Shown here: in pieces, positions 47,360 to 61,325 of the stretch
Layout of the letters: each line of letters opens with the position of its first letter
Numbering within the stretch: position 1 is the stretch's first letter
Source: Squalus acanthias
Taxonomy: Eukaryota
Assembly: GCA_030390025.1 (NCBI GenBank)
Contig: CM059425.1
Span: 170,378,001-170,442,000 of the forward strand
Direction: 5' to 3'
DNA length: 64,000 nt
Notes under the pieces: generated by a model
Seen by the model: only the letters and a program-made list of their open reading frames with translations
Databases searched by the model: none
What the model was told of the DNA's origin: nothing
Translations under genes and position numbers: made by a program

Positions 47360-47670
47360 CGGCAGCTGGGGAATTTTAATTCAGTTAATTAAATAAATCT
47401 GGAATAAAAAGCTAGTATCAGTAATGGTAACCATGAAACTACCGGATTGTCGTAAAAACCCATCTGGTTCACTAATGTCCTTCAGGGAAGAAAATCTGCC
47501 GTCCTTACCTGGCTTGGCCTATATGTGACTCCAGGCCCACAGCAATGTGGTTGAGTCTTAACTGCCCTCTGAAACGGCGGCTCACGGCCACCTTCTCAAG
47601 GGCAATTAGGGATGGGCAATAAATGCTGACCCTGCCAGCGACACCCACATCCCGTGAATGAAAAAAAAAT
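47360..47670 (+). mobile_element. 5'-truncated copy of the SINE sharing both ends with the tRNA-headed LINE
   Basis: Matches 10745-11066 and the reverse complement of 5640-5855, then joins directly to the gggcaattagggatgggcaataaatgct tail and A run. Confidence 0.75.
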
Positions 47671-50600
47671 TGGGGCCATTTAGTAAAAGTCACAGTGAAG
47701 AACGCGCTGTTCCCATCTTCGGGTTCCCGACCTGCTACGCGGCCTACACGCATGCAACCCGACTCTAATGTAAAGATTCCGGCCAAAGTCTCTGGTCTTG
47801 GGAGAGGATTGTGTACAGTTCCTGCTCCTGATCATTAGCCAGCAATTCCTGCTGGAAAAGAGTAGGTTTGGGTGGCAGATGAGCAAAGAACCGGGTTCCA
47901 CAGTGGTCACCGTCCCTTCCAAGTCTGACGATACTCACATGTAAAAAAAAGACATTAAATAGGCAGACTAGAATCAATAATAGTACAAACTGTGCATGCT
48001 CTATAAAAGGAGCAGACAGACAGACAGTACAGAAAACAGAACAGTGCAGTCGAGGATGCGGTCACTGGGCTTAGGAATAGCGTCTGGGTAACAGAGAGGG
48101 AGGTCTGCATTGCATCTGAAGGATTGATGTCTGCTGCCGTGCCCGGCTCCAAGGTGGAAATAGAAAACTTCCATTTCCTACTTCTATCATCCCTCATTTT
48201 GATGACTGCAACTATGCTCACAGACATGCACACACTTTTATCGCAAAGAATACTAAATGGACTGTCTCAAAAATACAGAACAAACTGAGTTTATTTAATT
48301 AGATGACAATGATGTATAAATTTGCTTTAATCTTACATGAATGTTTTCATTATTTTATATGACCTCAAATTCACTTTCTTTAATGCCAGTGGAAAAATAA
48401 AATCGAAAAAAAATACTGCATTTTAGAAATGCTGCAATACATTTTAATCACATATTAGTGGCAAACCAGTTATCTGGGGGGCTAGGTTCATGTAGGCATT
48501 AAGCCACCTACTGTAAATGTCTTCTAAAAATGATCCTGAAGTTTCCATAAATCCAGCCCAAGGCAACAAAACTGCCAGCAAAAACTCACAGTGATCTGCA
48601 CTAATGAAACATCAGTGAACTCCTAAATAGCACAATATGGCTCAATGCGGCAACATTTCCTCAGTGCACTGGAGCTAAGCTTCTGCCTAATGATGCTGCC
48701 TTTCTAAACAACAACAGTATATTAATCACCACCAAAGTGAAAACCTTGCTTCAGGTCTGCTAGCGCCTCTCCTGTGAAATCATATAACGGATGTTGCTCT
48801 CAAGCAAGTAATTTTGAAAGTGACAAATATTACAGATGCTGAATTTATGGGAGTGCTTGCTCTGTGTTTATTAACTCATCCATCTTAACCAAAATAAAAT
48901 GACCGCGCTACCAGAAAAGTGAGCCCTTCTTATCCTGTCAGCTAGCAGATTTCTACAGGTAATCAATATATATAATTACTCAATCCCACTGCACTCATTT
49001 AACCCTTGAGCTGCTGACATAGATTACTGGCATTTAGGTGGCAGCACAACATAATCACAAGCCAATTACAAAGAAAAATGTTTTAATTATTGTACTTTGG
49101 TGCACTGAGGTGACCTTCATCAATATTTTAGGATATTCTCTAAATGTATTTAATCATAATGTCAGCATATGTGCTGCTTTGTTGCATTTTTAAAAGGTTA
49201 TAAATGATGCTATATATTCATTACTAGATGAATATACTTTTGGTCTCAAGGATTAGCCTATTCAAAAGATACTCATCGCATAATTCCCATTAATATTTAA
49301 ATCAAAATAAACTGATTCTTGCAACTTTCATCCTCAAAAATATTCAGAACTAAAAGATTTCTGCTTCTGTAGTATATGTGGATTATGAGGTTTCTGAGGA
49401 GAGATGAAAGATTTTCAATAAAGATGTGTATTGTCCTTGAGGAAAGGCAATCAATTATATAGGTAATGAGAGATTTAAAAGGATACTAGAAAAGCATAGA
49501 ATGGAAGAAAGGGTCTTAGGTCACAGTCTTTGATAGACTATTCAATGGTGCTGTGCTATAAGATCCTCACAAGCACACAGTGACCAAGAGACAGTTTTAA
49601 TAATACTAGTTAATCTCCCATGGTGTTGTTCAAGGATATAAAGTAAAGGGTGTAGAAGTGAGGGGTGATCTGCCTTCTTGTGCATTTCTCTTGTGAAGGT
49701 ACATCCCTTCAAGGTTTTAGTGTGTCAAAGTATGTTGCTGTACTCTGGGCCATGTCTTATTTGTTTGACAGTGGTTCAGAGTTTTGATGTCTGACCACTA
49801 CAGAGAGAATTCAATTAAATTACAGAGTAGAAGATGGCTTCAATGAATATCCAGGATGCATCACTACTGAAAGACCACAGGTCAGTGAGTGTTAACTTCG
49901 GGCCAGTATACTATAGACTATGTCAGGCACTGCCAGATGCAAGACTCATGATTAGAAAAATAGATACTTCATTCAAAATGCAAAATGGTGAAGGTAAGGC
50001 ATAAAACAGCAAACTGATCCAGGCATATAATGTAGTTGCAATTATGATGTAATAGATACATTGTGTAGATAGTAGCATTATGCCGTGAAATGTAATGTCA
50101 GATATTTACATTCCAAACATGTACCTCTACTCCAAAGTGTAAAACTTACTAAAAACAGTTTTAAAGAAAATAACTTGAATTTATATTGCACTTTTCACAT
50201 CCACAGGTGTACTAAAGTTGCTTGTACCAACTAATTACTTTTTTTTGAAGTGCAGTCACTGTTGCTATGTAAGCAAATGCAGCAACTAATTTGTGCACTG
50301 CAAATGCAATAAATGACCAGTTAAACTGTTTTTTAATCTATTTAACATTAATGTAGAACTATATAGAGATGTTCCCAATCCATTTATTCAGTCTGAATTT
50401 TGAATTCCTATTTCTTCTTTACTAAATTTCAACTGTTCTCTTTAGTAGTGTCTTATGACTGTCATAATAAACTGAGTGAACAGAAGAGAGGGACTACAGA
50501 CTCTTCTCCAGCTGTGAGGCTAGTGGGAGATACAGCACATATCCACCTTAATGTAGAGCCAGGTGATTCAGAGTCCAAAGACAGGTTGAGAGTTGTTGAA

Positions 50601-51278
50601 GCTAATCACACTCTTAACTAGCAAAAACCTTTACTCCAACTGAAACTAGCAACCATAGCCTTGGGTTCCTCTGCTTTTTAATACTTTTTATTATCTAGAG
50701 TATTATATTTAATTTTCTTTATCAGAAGCTCAAGATCATGCTTGCGGACTGAACAGAGGTGGCCATTTCCGCCACCTCCAGTGTGATGCCACCACCAAAC
50801 ACATCTTCCCCTCCCCTCCTCTTTCAGCATTCCGAAGGGATCTTTCCCTCGGTGAAACCCTGATCCACTCTTCAATCACCCCCAACACCCCTCCCCTTCC
50901 CGCTGCACTTACCCGTGCAAGCGCAGGAGATGTAACACCTGCCCTTTTACCTCTTCCCTTATCACCGTCCAGGGCTCCAAACACTCCTTCCAGGTGAAAC
51001 ATGGATTTATTTGTACTTCTTTCAAATTATTATATTGTATTCATTGCTATGATGCAATCTGCTCTACATTGAGGAGACTAAATGCAGATTGACCATCGTT
51101 TGTGGAACACCTCTGTATAGTTTGCAAGCGTGACCCTGAGCTTCCGGTCGCTTGTCATTTTAATTCTCTGCCACTCTGACTCCCACTCTGACCTCTCTGT
51201 CCTTGGCCTCCTACACTGTTCTAATGAAAATGAGAAGTCGCACAACACCAGGTTATAGTCCAACAGATTTATTTAATT

Positions 51279-51316
51279 TTACAAGCTTTCGGAGCTATCG
51301 CTCCTTCGTCAGGTAA
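51279..51316 (-). ncRNA. Minimal type I hammerhead ribozyme
   Basis: Exact inverted copy of 51961-51998. Confidence 0.72.
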
Positions 51317-51960
51317 GTTAGCAATGAGAGAATCTCCCAGAATTCACAATTTAAACCCAGACAAAATCTATTCACATTATTCGCTACAACAAAGAGCACA
51401 GCCAAGACAATGAGATGTGTCCCAGGGGGTCCAACGTGTCAAACCACCTGCTGGCTGCATATCCTGTCAATTTGTGTTCTTGTGTTTTTAAAAAAAAAAC
51501 ACAAAAAAAAAAAAAAAAAAAAAAAAACACCTGGGAAGACCGGCCATGATGTCAAGTCACGTTCTGTATCGTGACATGAACCCGATATCGCGATTGAGGC
51601 CATCCTCATGAGTGCGGAACTTGGCTATCAGTTTCTGCTCTATGATTTTGCGCTGTCGTGTATCTCGAAGGCCGCCTTGGAGAACGCTTACCCGCAGATC
51701 CGAGGCTGAATGCCCCTGGCTGCTGAAGTGTTCCCCGACTGGGAGGCAACCCTCCTGCCTGGCGATTGTTGCGCGGTGTCCGTTCATACGTTGTCTCAGT
51801 GTCTGCATGGTCTCGCCGATGTACCATGCTCTGGAGCATCCTTTACTGCAACGTATCAGGTAGACAACGTTGGCCGAGTCACATGAGTATGTACCGTGTA
51901 CCTGGTGGGTAGTGTCCTCACGTGTAATGATGGTATCTGGGAGATTCTCTCATTGCTAAC

Positions 51961-51998
51961 TTACCTGACGAAGGAGCGATAGCTCCGAAAGCTTGTAA
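51961..51998 (+). ncRNA. Minimal type I hammerhead ribozyme
   Basis: TTAC-CTGACGA-A-GGAGC-GATA-GCTCC-GAAA-GC-TT-GTAA: core boxes, stem II, palindromic AGCT stem III, stem I TTAC/GTAA. Confidence 0.75.
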
Positions 51999-52331
51999 AA
52001 TTAAATAAATCTGTTGGACTATAACCTGGTGTTGTGCGACTTCTCATTTTTGTCCACCCCAGTCCAACGCCGGCATCTCCACATCATGTTCTAATGAAGC
52101 TCAACGGAAGCTCGAGGAACAGCACCTCATCTTTCGATTAAACAATTTACAGCCTTCTGGACTCAACATTGAGTTCAATAATTTCAGACCATAACTACTG
52201 CTCCCAATTACACGGACAGCAGCTGCTGTTAATGATTCCATTGTTGCCATTTACAGCTTCTCTATGCTTCACCAACACTCTTTCAACATTTATTCTGGAA
52301 ATTCTCTGAGGACTTCACCAAAAGAGAGTGA

Positions 52332-53836
52332 GGGGGAAAAATTCGGTAGCTTAGCGCCTCCCATTAGCGCCTGCAGATGGCAGTAACGGGGCGGTGATGC
52401 AATAGTGCCATTGCAAGGTGAATTCAGCGCCACATGGCAAATCCTCCGCCCCCCACCCCCATTGCGCCGCTGGTACGAGGTACCGCCGGGAACTTCAACA
52501 CCAGGCAGATCGTGATGTCAGTGGGCGCGCAATGCTCACTGGGCATCCGATCTGGAAAATTCATTGTCACCACTTACCTTAATGCTTTGACCAAACAGCG
52601 ACAAGGAGAGCTGGCATGCAGCTGCAGGAAGCCGGCTCCAGCAACGTTATTTAAAGGCATCAGCATTAATCACTCGCAGCTGTCAGGGCAGGTTAGTTTC
52701 AGTGGTTTCTTGTCAGTTTCACCCAGTGGAACAGTTTGTGTGAGTAATTTCAAGCTTCTTTTGTATCAGCAGTCTTCTGGCAAGTGCAAAGTAGCTACAT
52801 TTATTGCTCAAAGATTCAAACTGTTACACTTGGCAACATTAATGGGGGCTGTACTGGCATGCCACCTCACCCTCCGGGATCTACGGTGGAGGGAACGTAG
52901 GCAGCCAGAAATACAGGAACATGTGCACAGAGGGATGAGGAGGGACATCTGGCCTCTCACCAGGAGGCCATACCCTCTGAGGGTATTCCGACAGCACTTC
53001 TCCTACCTTCAATTAAGCGAGGACTGTGTATTAGAGAGCTCTGCATCACTAAGGTGGTGGTCACAGAACTCTGCCACCTCCTCCAAACATATCTCCAGCC
53101 TCACACCATGATGACTTAAACCCCAGATCCCTTTTGCTCACCACATGCCCATCATACCATTCCTGTGTCATGCCATATCACAGCGTCCTCCTGGGTGCAA
53201 AGGTGAAATGAGAGAGTCCACAAAATATTGCAAACTCCATTAATAAATTTATACATAAACATATCATATTCATTCTAATAACTAATGACCCTTGTGCCTG
53301 CCATTGTGTGCAAGGCGTGAGATGTGCATGTGCATGTTGGTAGGTAGTGATTGTTGGTGGGTAAATGCTTTGTTGGTGCTTTGGATAGTGTGTGAAGCTT
53401 GTGGTCCAGATGGTGGTATGTAGTATTTGTTGAAGCATTCAATCACCCTGACCACCTGACTGAGGTGGATCTGCCATGAGCACACCTGCTTCAGTCCTCC
53501 GGCTCCTGCGCCTTGTTGTGCTTCTCCTTGCTGAGGCAGCTGCACAGCCAGCAATGCTGAGAATGAGGTACTGCAGTATCAATGAACCTCCCCTTTAAGT
53601 ACTGGGCAAAGCCTGTGGCAATGATGAGTTGTGAGTAGACTGCACCCGATATTGGTCCACCCTTTCAGTGTAATGCCATTGAGCCATGCCTATAAGACTT
53701 GATTTAGTGCTCCAATCATTTCTTTGAGTGGTGAGAATGAATTTTGCGTGCAGTCTAAAGCATTAGCGCCTGATGCTAATTCTCAAACTTTTCTAAAGAT
53801 ACCGCCCATTCCTGGGCTATAATGAATTTCTAGCCC
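52332..53836. mobile_element. Non-autonomous Harbinger, internally deleted relative of 14129-17236
   Basis: TIRs GGGGGAAAAATT / AATTTCTAGCCC; TSD TGA (52329-52331/53837-53839); colinear similarity at both ends. Confidence 0.85.
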
Positions 53837-54383
53837 TGAGTGTTGTGCTACTGTACCATATTCTAGACCTTAAAGGAGTCACCAGGAGAAAGGGAGTGTT
53901 TGGTCATGGGGATCTTGCTAGGGGTCTCCCTTGGTTAGGAATGGGAGGAAGAGATGAGGCCAGGCAGAGCAGCACCAGCTGCTGGAGGAGAGAGGGAGAG
54001 GAGGAGCAAGAGAGCGAGGATGGCGCCATATTCGTGATGAATTGCTGCATGCTCCACAATCTGCATGTGCCACCAGAGGATCAAGCTCAGGAGACACAAG
54101 GAGGAGAAAGACGAGGGGGACCAGGGGGAGCATCAGAGGGTTCTAGGTAGATGGCCCGCATCTGGGAGGGACGTTCACCGCCATCTAATTGAAGACCGCT
54201 TTTCAGAGACGTCCTCCACCATCAGACTTCGGAGCACTGTTGCCACAGGCCTTACCTTCCAGGACTGAGGATCCATCAAGAAGTCCAACATCTGCACTCA
54301 ATCCTTTCAACCCCTTCCCCATGAAGAACACAATAAAAACATCACCAATTCCACCACTAGCCAATTACCATAATCACTCTGCG

Positions 54384-55132
54384 GGGGGAAAATTCAGTGG
54401 CGCCCCCTTTGGGGCGCTAACTTCGCCAGGGCGCAACTTTTAGCTCCTCAAAAATGTTAGCACCCCTGCGCCGTTAATTCAGTGGTAGCGCCCCAAGCAG
54501 GAGGCGGGGCGCTACTGGAAGCGCTCCCCATCCTTCCTAGGGCGCTACCAGTGAATATCGCGGCACTACGTGCAACAGCGCCATGCGCGTCGGCACATAG
54601 CACCACGGTATTGAAGGACTCCCTCTCCTGATTAAAGGGGAGGGGACTAGTGCTGCGTGCACCGGGGCCCTGCTGGACCACCGGGGAGCGGGGTGCCGGG
54701 AAAGCAGCCCGGCACTTGAGGAGTGCCGAGCTGAGTGGTCGCGGCCGGCACCCCGAATAAAAGAGGGGAAGGGGGCAGGTGCTGGCAGGCAGCCAGAATA
54801 AAAAATGGCCACCCGACACCTGCCCCTTTAAATACCGCCGCTGTGGCTGCACAAACGCCCCCCTGACCCTGTCAGACATATCGTCGGGTGATAGGTCAGG
54901 GGCGCAGACGAAATTTGTGGCCGGGGCGTGAGCGGGCCGCTGCGCACGGCGATGAAGTCATCGCCAGAAGCGTAGCACCGCGGGGCACTACCGGCTACCG
55001 CCGCCGCTAACCTCCCGGTGAATTTCGCGGGAGGCGTCAGCGGCGCCATGCACGGGTGCTAGGGGCTTTGCGCCCTGTTAGCGCCTCCCGGGGGCGCTAA
55101 TGGGAGGCGCAAAGCAACCCAATTTTTCCCCC
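54384..55132. mobile_element. GC/CpG-rich Harbinger-type MITE
   Basis: TIRs GGGGGAAAATT / AATTTTTCCCCC with subterminal ggcgctaa/ttagcgcc repeats as in 14129 and 52332; no clean TSD. Confidence 0.7.
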
Positions 55133-57171
55133 TTTATCTATACCAAAAACAAACAATGAAAACATTACAACAACCAACAGCACTTACAAATATTAAACTA
55201 TTCATGCTGGTGCTTACCCTTAGTGGCAATCCTACAAGTGCTCTTGCCTACTCTAGTGCTTCTATGAAGTGCAACCCAAGTGGCAGCAGCAGGCGAGGTG
55301 GATGCCTGCTGTGAATCTGAAAGGGCAATTCAGATGTCCTCCTGGGATGCCCTCGAGAGGCTGTGGTCCGTAATAGCCCCGCCTCAGACTGCACCATCTC
55401 AGCATGGGCTTCAGCAGTCTGGGCTGCCTGGCTGACAGGCAACTGCAAGGGCAGTGGTTGGGAGGCGGAGGAATGAGCAGGAATGCTGCCATCCGGAGAG
55501 AGGCCAGTAGGTTCCTGCTCCATGATTCCCATGCCACCACCTTGGGGCGTCTGTTCATCCAGCCCAACGATCTGCTGGAGGACAGATCTCTGGGCAGCCG
55601 AGACACTCTGCAAGCCACTTTCAACCAAGGAGACAAGAGCCACCATGGCAGCTGCCTAAACCTCCATTGTAGCACTTTGCCATTCCACGGAAGCAGTTTG
55701 CCGTTCCATGGAAGCTGCTATGACTGCAGTGGAAGCTGCGACCTCAGTCATCAGATGCTGCATGTTGGGCTCTACAGGTCGCTGGATAGAATTGGCCAGC
55801 CTCTCCACACTGGAGAGGATGGGTTCCAGACTCTGCGTCAAGCCACGGGCCAGGCTGGCGGCGGACTCCTACATCCCCCTAGCCACGGACCATAAACTTT
55901 CAGGCAGGCTCTCCATTGCACTGAGCATTTAGTTTGTCAAACCCATTCGCCATCTTCTAAAGCTTGGCCCTGCAAGGACCTCATCTGACTCCTCTACAGC
56001 AGAACTAGTATGCCACCTTGCCCTCTGGCAAGCTGGCACCTGTGGTGCCCCTTCCACCTGGTGTGGTTGCTGCCCGCTGGCGCCCGGTGCATTCTACTGT
56101 GAGGATCCCTGTTCTATCCTAACCTCTAAGTTATGCGGGTGCCGGTCTCTGAGCTGGTGCCTGCAACAGTGGTAGCGATTGATGCAGTGCCTTCTTCCTC
56201 GCTTTCCTCCTCTTCTTCCTCCGGGGGGTGGATCCAAGGTGGCTCTTCCTCCTCTTCCAGTTCCACCGGGGGGTGAGGTGGGGCCTGGAATGATAAAGCT
56301 AGAACATAAGAAATAGGAGCAGGAGTAGGCCATTCGGCCTCTCGAGCCTGCTCCGCCATTCAATAAGATCATGGCTGATCTGATCTTGGCCTCAACTCCA
56401 CTTTTCTGCCTGTTCCCCGTAACCCTTGACTCCCCTGTAGTTCAAAAATCTGTCTGTCTCAGCCTTGAATATATTCAATGACTCAGCCTTCACAGCTCTC
56501 TGGGGTAGAGAATTCCAAAGATTCACGATCCTCTGAGAGAAGAAATTCCTCCTCATCTCCATCTTAAATGGGCGACCCCCTTATTCTGAAACTATGCCCC
56601 CTAGTTCAATATTCCCGCACGAGGGGAAACATCCTCTCTGCATCTACCCTGTCAAGCCCCCTCAGAATCTTATATGTTTCAATAAGATCACCTCTCATTC
56701 TTCTAAACTCCAGTGAGTATAGGCCCAACCTGCTCAACCTTTCCTCGTAAGACAACCACTTCAACTCAGGAATCAACCTAGTGAACCTTCTCTGAACTGC
56801 CTCAATGCAAGTATATCCCTCCTTAACCAAAACTGTACGCAGTACTGTTGGTGTGATCTCACCAACGCCCTGTACAGTTGTAGCAAGACTTCCCTACTTT
56901 AATACTCCATCCCCCTTGCAATAAAGGCCAACATTACATTTGCCTTCCTAATTACTTGCTGTACCTGCATGCTAACTTTTTGTGTTTCATGTACGAGGAC
57001 CCCCAGATCCCTCTGTATTGCAGCATTCCGTAGTCTCTCTCCATTTAAATAATATGTTTCTTTTTATTCTTCCTACCAAAGTGGATAACCTCACATTTTC
57101 CCAAATTATACTCCATCTGCAAAATTTTTGCCCACTCACTTAACTTATCTATATCCCTTTGCAGACTCTTT

Positions 57172-58037
57172 GGGCTGGATTTTACCAGCCCTGAGGAGGC
57201 GGGTTTGGAAGTGGGACTGCTGGGAAAATCAAAAAAATCGGAGCGGGTCCCGACCCCGCTCCCAACACACCTCCAACCAATCTTCCCGGGAGTCGGGTTC
57301 CCGATTTGCACAGGGACCCGACTCATAGCGGTGGGAAGAGGATTATAGCCACTTAACTGCCTGTTAACAGGTAGTTAACAGGCAGTTAACAGGCATTTTC
57401 CCATTTTGTGACTTCTGCTGCAGGCTTCCCGATGTCGGGGAATCCCACCAGGCTAAGTGAGGCGTGCTGTGGGTCTGTTGTAATGTTTGTGTATAGATGA
57501 CAGCTGCAGAAGTGGTGTGAAGGATGCAATGAGAGACTGGTGGGTATCAGAGGTAAGGAAATGTCGGGAAAGTCATTTTTAATGTGTATAGATTTTTCTG
57601 TAGGTGACAAGCTTTGAAGTGTTTGTGTGGCCTCACCTCATTGGGAGAAGTGACAGATCGCTTCTGTATCCTCACCTGCAGCTGCCATCTGTTTTATCCT
57701 AAGGAGAGAGTCATTGGAGAGTCTGGGTGAAAGGGCTCACCTTTGTACAGTGATCGTCAGTGTTTGACAGCACCTCAATGCTGTCAAACACTGTCAAATC
57801 ATCTGTCAAAAATAGATGGCTCATGTCCCTTTAAGAAAACCGGCAGATGAAGCGTCATTAACTGACGTCATCTGACACTGGCTTTTCCTTAATTGGCCAG
57901 CAAGTCCGCAGGGCGGGCTTAACAAGGCCAATCAGGGGAAAATAGCGTCTGTGCGTCGGACGTCACTGGGGGCGGGACTAGAACACGGAAGGCAGCAGTC
58001 CCACCCCCAACTCATCTCGGTAAGTAAAATCCAGCCC
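57172..58037. mobile_element. Harbinger-type MITE (family A)
   Basis: TIRs GGGCTGGATTTTAC / GTAAAATCCAGCCC; TSD TTT. Confidence 0.87.
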
Positions 58038-59312
58038 TTTATGTCCTCCTCACAACTTGCTTTCCCACCTATCTTTGTATCATCAGCAAATTTGGTTATA
58101 GTACACTCGGTCCCTTCATCCAAGTCATTAATATAGATTGTAAATAGTTGAGGCCCCAGCACTGATCCCTGTGGCACCCCACTAGTTACAGTTTGCCAAC
58201 CTTAAAATGACCCATTTATCCCGACTCTCTGTTAGTTAGCCAATCCTCTATCCATGCTAATATATTACCCCCAACACCATGAGCTCTTATCTTGTGCAGT
58301 AACCTTTTATGTGGCACCTTATTGAATGCCTTTTGGAAATCCAAATACACTACATCTACTGGTTCCCCTTTATCCACCCTGCTCATTACATCCTCAAAGA
58401 ACTCTAATAAATTTGTCAAATACGATTTCTCTTTCATAAAACCATGTTGACTCTGATTGATTGTATTATGATTTTCTAAATGTCCTGCTACTACTTCCTT
58501 AATAATGGATTCCAGCATTTTCCCAATAACAGATGTTAAGCTAACTGGCCTATAGTTTCCTGCTTTCTGTCTCCCTCCTTTCTTGAATAGGGGCGTTACA
58601 TTTGGGGTTTTCCAATCCGCTGGGACCTTTTCAGAATCTAGGGAATTTTGGAAGATTACAACCAATGCATCCACTATCTCTGCAGCTACTTCTTTTAAGG
58701 CCCTAGGATCAGGTCCAGGGGACTTGACAGCTTTTAGTCCCATTAGTTTGCCGAGTACTTTTTCTCTAGCGATAGTGATTGTTTTAAGTTCCTCCCTCCC
58801 TTTTGCCCCTTGATTTTCCACTATTATCGGGATGCTTTTAGTATCTTCTACCGTGAAGACAGATACAAAATACTTGTTCAAAGTCTCCGCCATTTCCTTG
58901 TTTCCCCATTATTAATTCCCCAGTCTCATCCTCTAAGGGCCAATGTTTACTTTAGCTACTCTCTTCCTTTTTATATACTTGTAGAAGCTCTTACTGTCTG
59001 TTTTTAGATATTTTTTGCTAGTTTACTCTCATAATCTATTTTCTCCCTCTTTATTATTTTTTTAGTCATCCTTTGCAAGTTTCTAAAAATTTCCAAAACT
59101 TCTAGCCTACCACTAATCTTCGCAATATTGTATGCCTTTTCATTAAATTTGATACCCTCCTTAACTTCCTTAGTTAGCCACGGATGCTTCATCCTTCTCG
59201 TCGTGTCTTTCTTTCTCACTGGAATATATCTTTGTTGAGAGTTATGAAATATCTCCTTAAAATTCTGCCACTGCTTACCTACCGTCTTACCTTTTAATCT
59301 ATTTTCCCAGTC

Positions 59313-59566
59313 CACACCACCTCCTCCAAGTTCCCCTCCAAGTCACACACCATCCTGAATTGGAAGTATATCGCCGTTCCTTCGTCGTCGTTGGGTCAAA
59401 ATCCTGGAACTCCCTCCCTAACAGCACTGTGGGAGTACCTTTACCACATGAACTACAGCGGTTCAAGAAGGCGGCTCACCGCCACCTTCTCTAGGACAAC
59501 TAGGGATGGGCAATAAATGCTGGCCTTGCTAGTGATGCCCACATCCCATGAACAAATATAAATAAA
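59313..59566 (+). mobile_element. 3' end of the LINE family seen at 1-5943, inserted in CR1
   Basis: First ~90 nt match the reverse complement of window 1-90; continues to the shared tail and A-rich end. Confidence 0.8.
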
Positions 59567-61325
59567 ACTTTAGCCAACTCTGTCTTCATACCTTTGTAAT
59601 CGCCTTTATTTAAGTTTAAGGCATTAGTTTCAGACCTAAGTTTCTCACCCTGAAACTGAATGTGAAATTCCAGCATGTTATGATCACTCTTCCCTAGAGG
59701 ATCCTTTACTATGAGATCATTAATTGATCCTGTCTCATTACACATTACCAGATCTAAAATAGCCTGTCCCCTGGTTGGTTCCATGACGTATTGTTCGAAG
59801 AAACTGTCCTGAATACACTCTATGAACTCGTCCTCAAGGCTACCTTTGCCAATTTGATTTGTCCAATCTATAATGAAGATTAAAATCGCCCACGATTATT
59901 GCAGTAGCTTTCTTACAAGCCCCATTATTTCTTGATTTATACTCTGTTCTACAGTGTAGCTACTGTTAGGGGGCCTATAGACTACTCCCACCAGTGACTT
60001 CTTTCCCTTATTATTTCTTATCTCCACCCAAACTGATTCTACATTTTGATCTTCCGAGCCAAGATCATTTCTCACTATTGTACTGATCTCATCCTTTATT
60101 AACAGAGCTACCCCACCTCCTTTTCCTTTCTGCTTATCCTTCCGAAATGTCAAATACCCCTGAATATTCAGTTCCCAGCCTTGGTCACATTGCAACCATG
60201 TCTCTGTAATGGCTATCAGATCATACTCATTTATTTCTATTTGTGCCGTCAATTCATCTATCATGTTACGAATGCTGCATGCATTCAGATAAAGAGACTT
60301 TAATTTTGTCTTTTTACCATTTTTCCCTACTCTGACTCTATTTGCTGGTGTACTCTTATGCTTGTACGCTCTGTCCCTTCCTGTCACACTCTGGTTATCA
60401 TTACCCCTATTGCTTCCCTGTCCTATTGCCTTGTCCTTTCTCTTTAACTTTCTAAGTTCCCCTCACCTGAACCCTCCCCCCACCCCACACTATTTATTTT
60501 AAAGCCCTATCTACAGCCCTAGTTATTTGATAGGTCACTGGTCCCAGCACGGTTCAAGTGAAGCCCGTCCCAACGGAACAGCTCCCTCTTTCCCCAGTAC
60601 TGGTGCCACTGCCCCATGAATCGAAACCCATTTCTCCCACACCAATCCTTGAGCCACGCATTCAACTCTCTAATCTTATTGACCCTATGCCAATTTGCTT
60701 GTGGCTCAGGTAGTAATCCAGAGATTATTACCTTTGTGGTTCAGCTTTTTAATTTAGACCCTAGCTGCTCAAACTCCCCCAGCAGAACCTCTTTCTTAGT
60801 CCTACTTATGTCATTGGTACCTACATGGACCACGACAACTGGATCCTTCCCCTCCCACTCCAAGTTCCTCTCCAGCCCCGAGGAAATGTCCTTAACCCTG
60901 GCACCGGGCAGGCAATACAGCCTTAGGAACTCACGCTCACGGCTGCAGAGAACAGTATCTATCCCCCTAACTATACTGTCCCCTACCACTACTACATTCC
61001 TTTTTACTCCCCCAACTTGAATGGCCCCCTGTACCACGGTGTTGTGGTCAGTTTGCTCATCCTCCCTGCAATCCCTGCTCTCATCCACACAGGCTGCAAG
61101 AACTTTGTACCTGTTGGACAAGTGCAAGGGTTGAGGCTCCTCCAGTGCTACCTTCTGGATCCCCATACCTGCCTCACTCGTAGTCACACCCTCCTATCCA
61201 TGACCACGGACCAAATCTGAAGTATTTAATCTAAGGATTGTGACTGCCTCCTGGAACAAAGTGGCGAGGTAACTTTCTCCCTCCCTGATGTATCGCAGTG
61301 TCCGAAGCTCGGACTCCAACTCATT

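Larger units (their letters stand above)
21452..47784. mobile_element. PIF/Harbinger transposon (transposase +, Myb/SANT gene -, convergent) expanded to 26 kb by nested ERV, CR1, SINE and Penelope insertions
   Basis: Candidate imperfect TIRs GGCCAGAATTTTT / TAAAGATTCCGGCC with AAA on both sides; transposase halves at 21998-22783 and 40058-40361; Myb/SANT exon remnants at ~44715-44897, 44215-44375 and 40749-41026. Outer boundaries are less certain than the internal genes. Confidence 0.65.
51229..52086 (-). mobile_element. Young Penelope-like element insertion: GIY-YIG C-terminus (51557..51808) flanked by inverted 115-bp pseudo-LTR copies
   Basis: VVYLIRC..C...WYIGET...RMNGH...EHF...GLN; inverted repeat 51227-51341 / 51936-52050; TSD TGTTCTAATGAA (51217-51228/52087-52098). 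Confidence 0.9.
50750..52195 (+). mobile_element. Old degenerate Penelope-like element fragment (RT end, Cys-rich linker, GIY-YIG), interrupted by a younger PLE
   Basis: Translatable remnants CKRRRCNTCPF, LYCIHC...LYIEETK, EEQHLIFRL...PSGLNIEF. Confidence 0.65.

Noticed and set aside
51490..51527. Poly(A) run as a processed pseudogene tail
   Set aside because: It lies inside the Penelope insertion with no associated host mRNA sequence.
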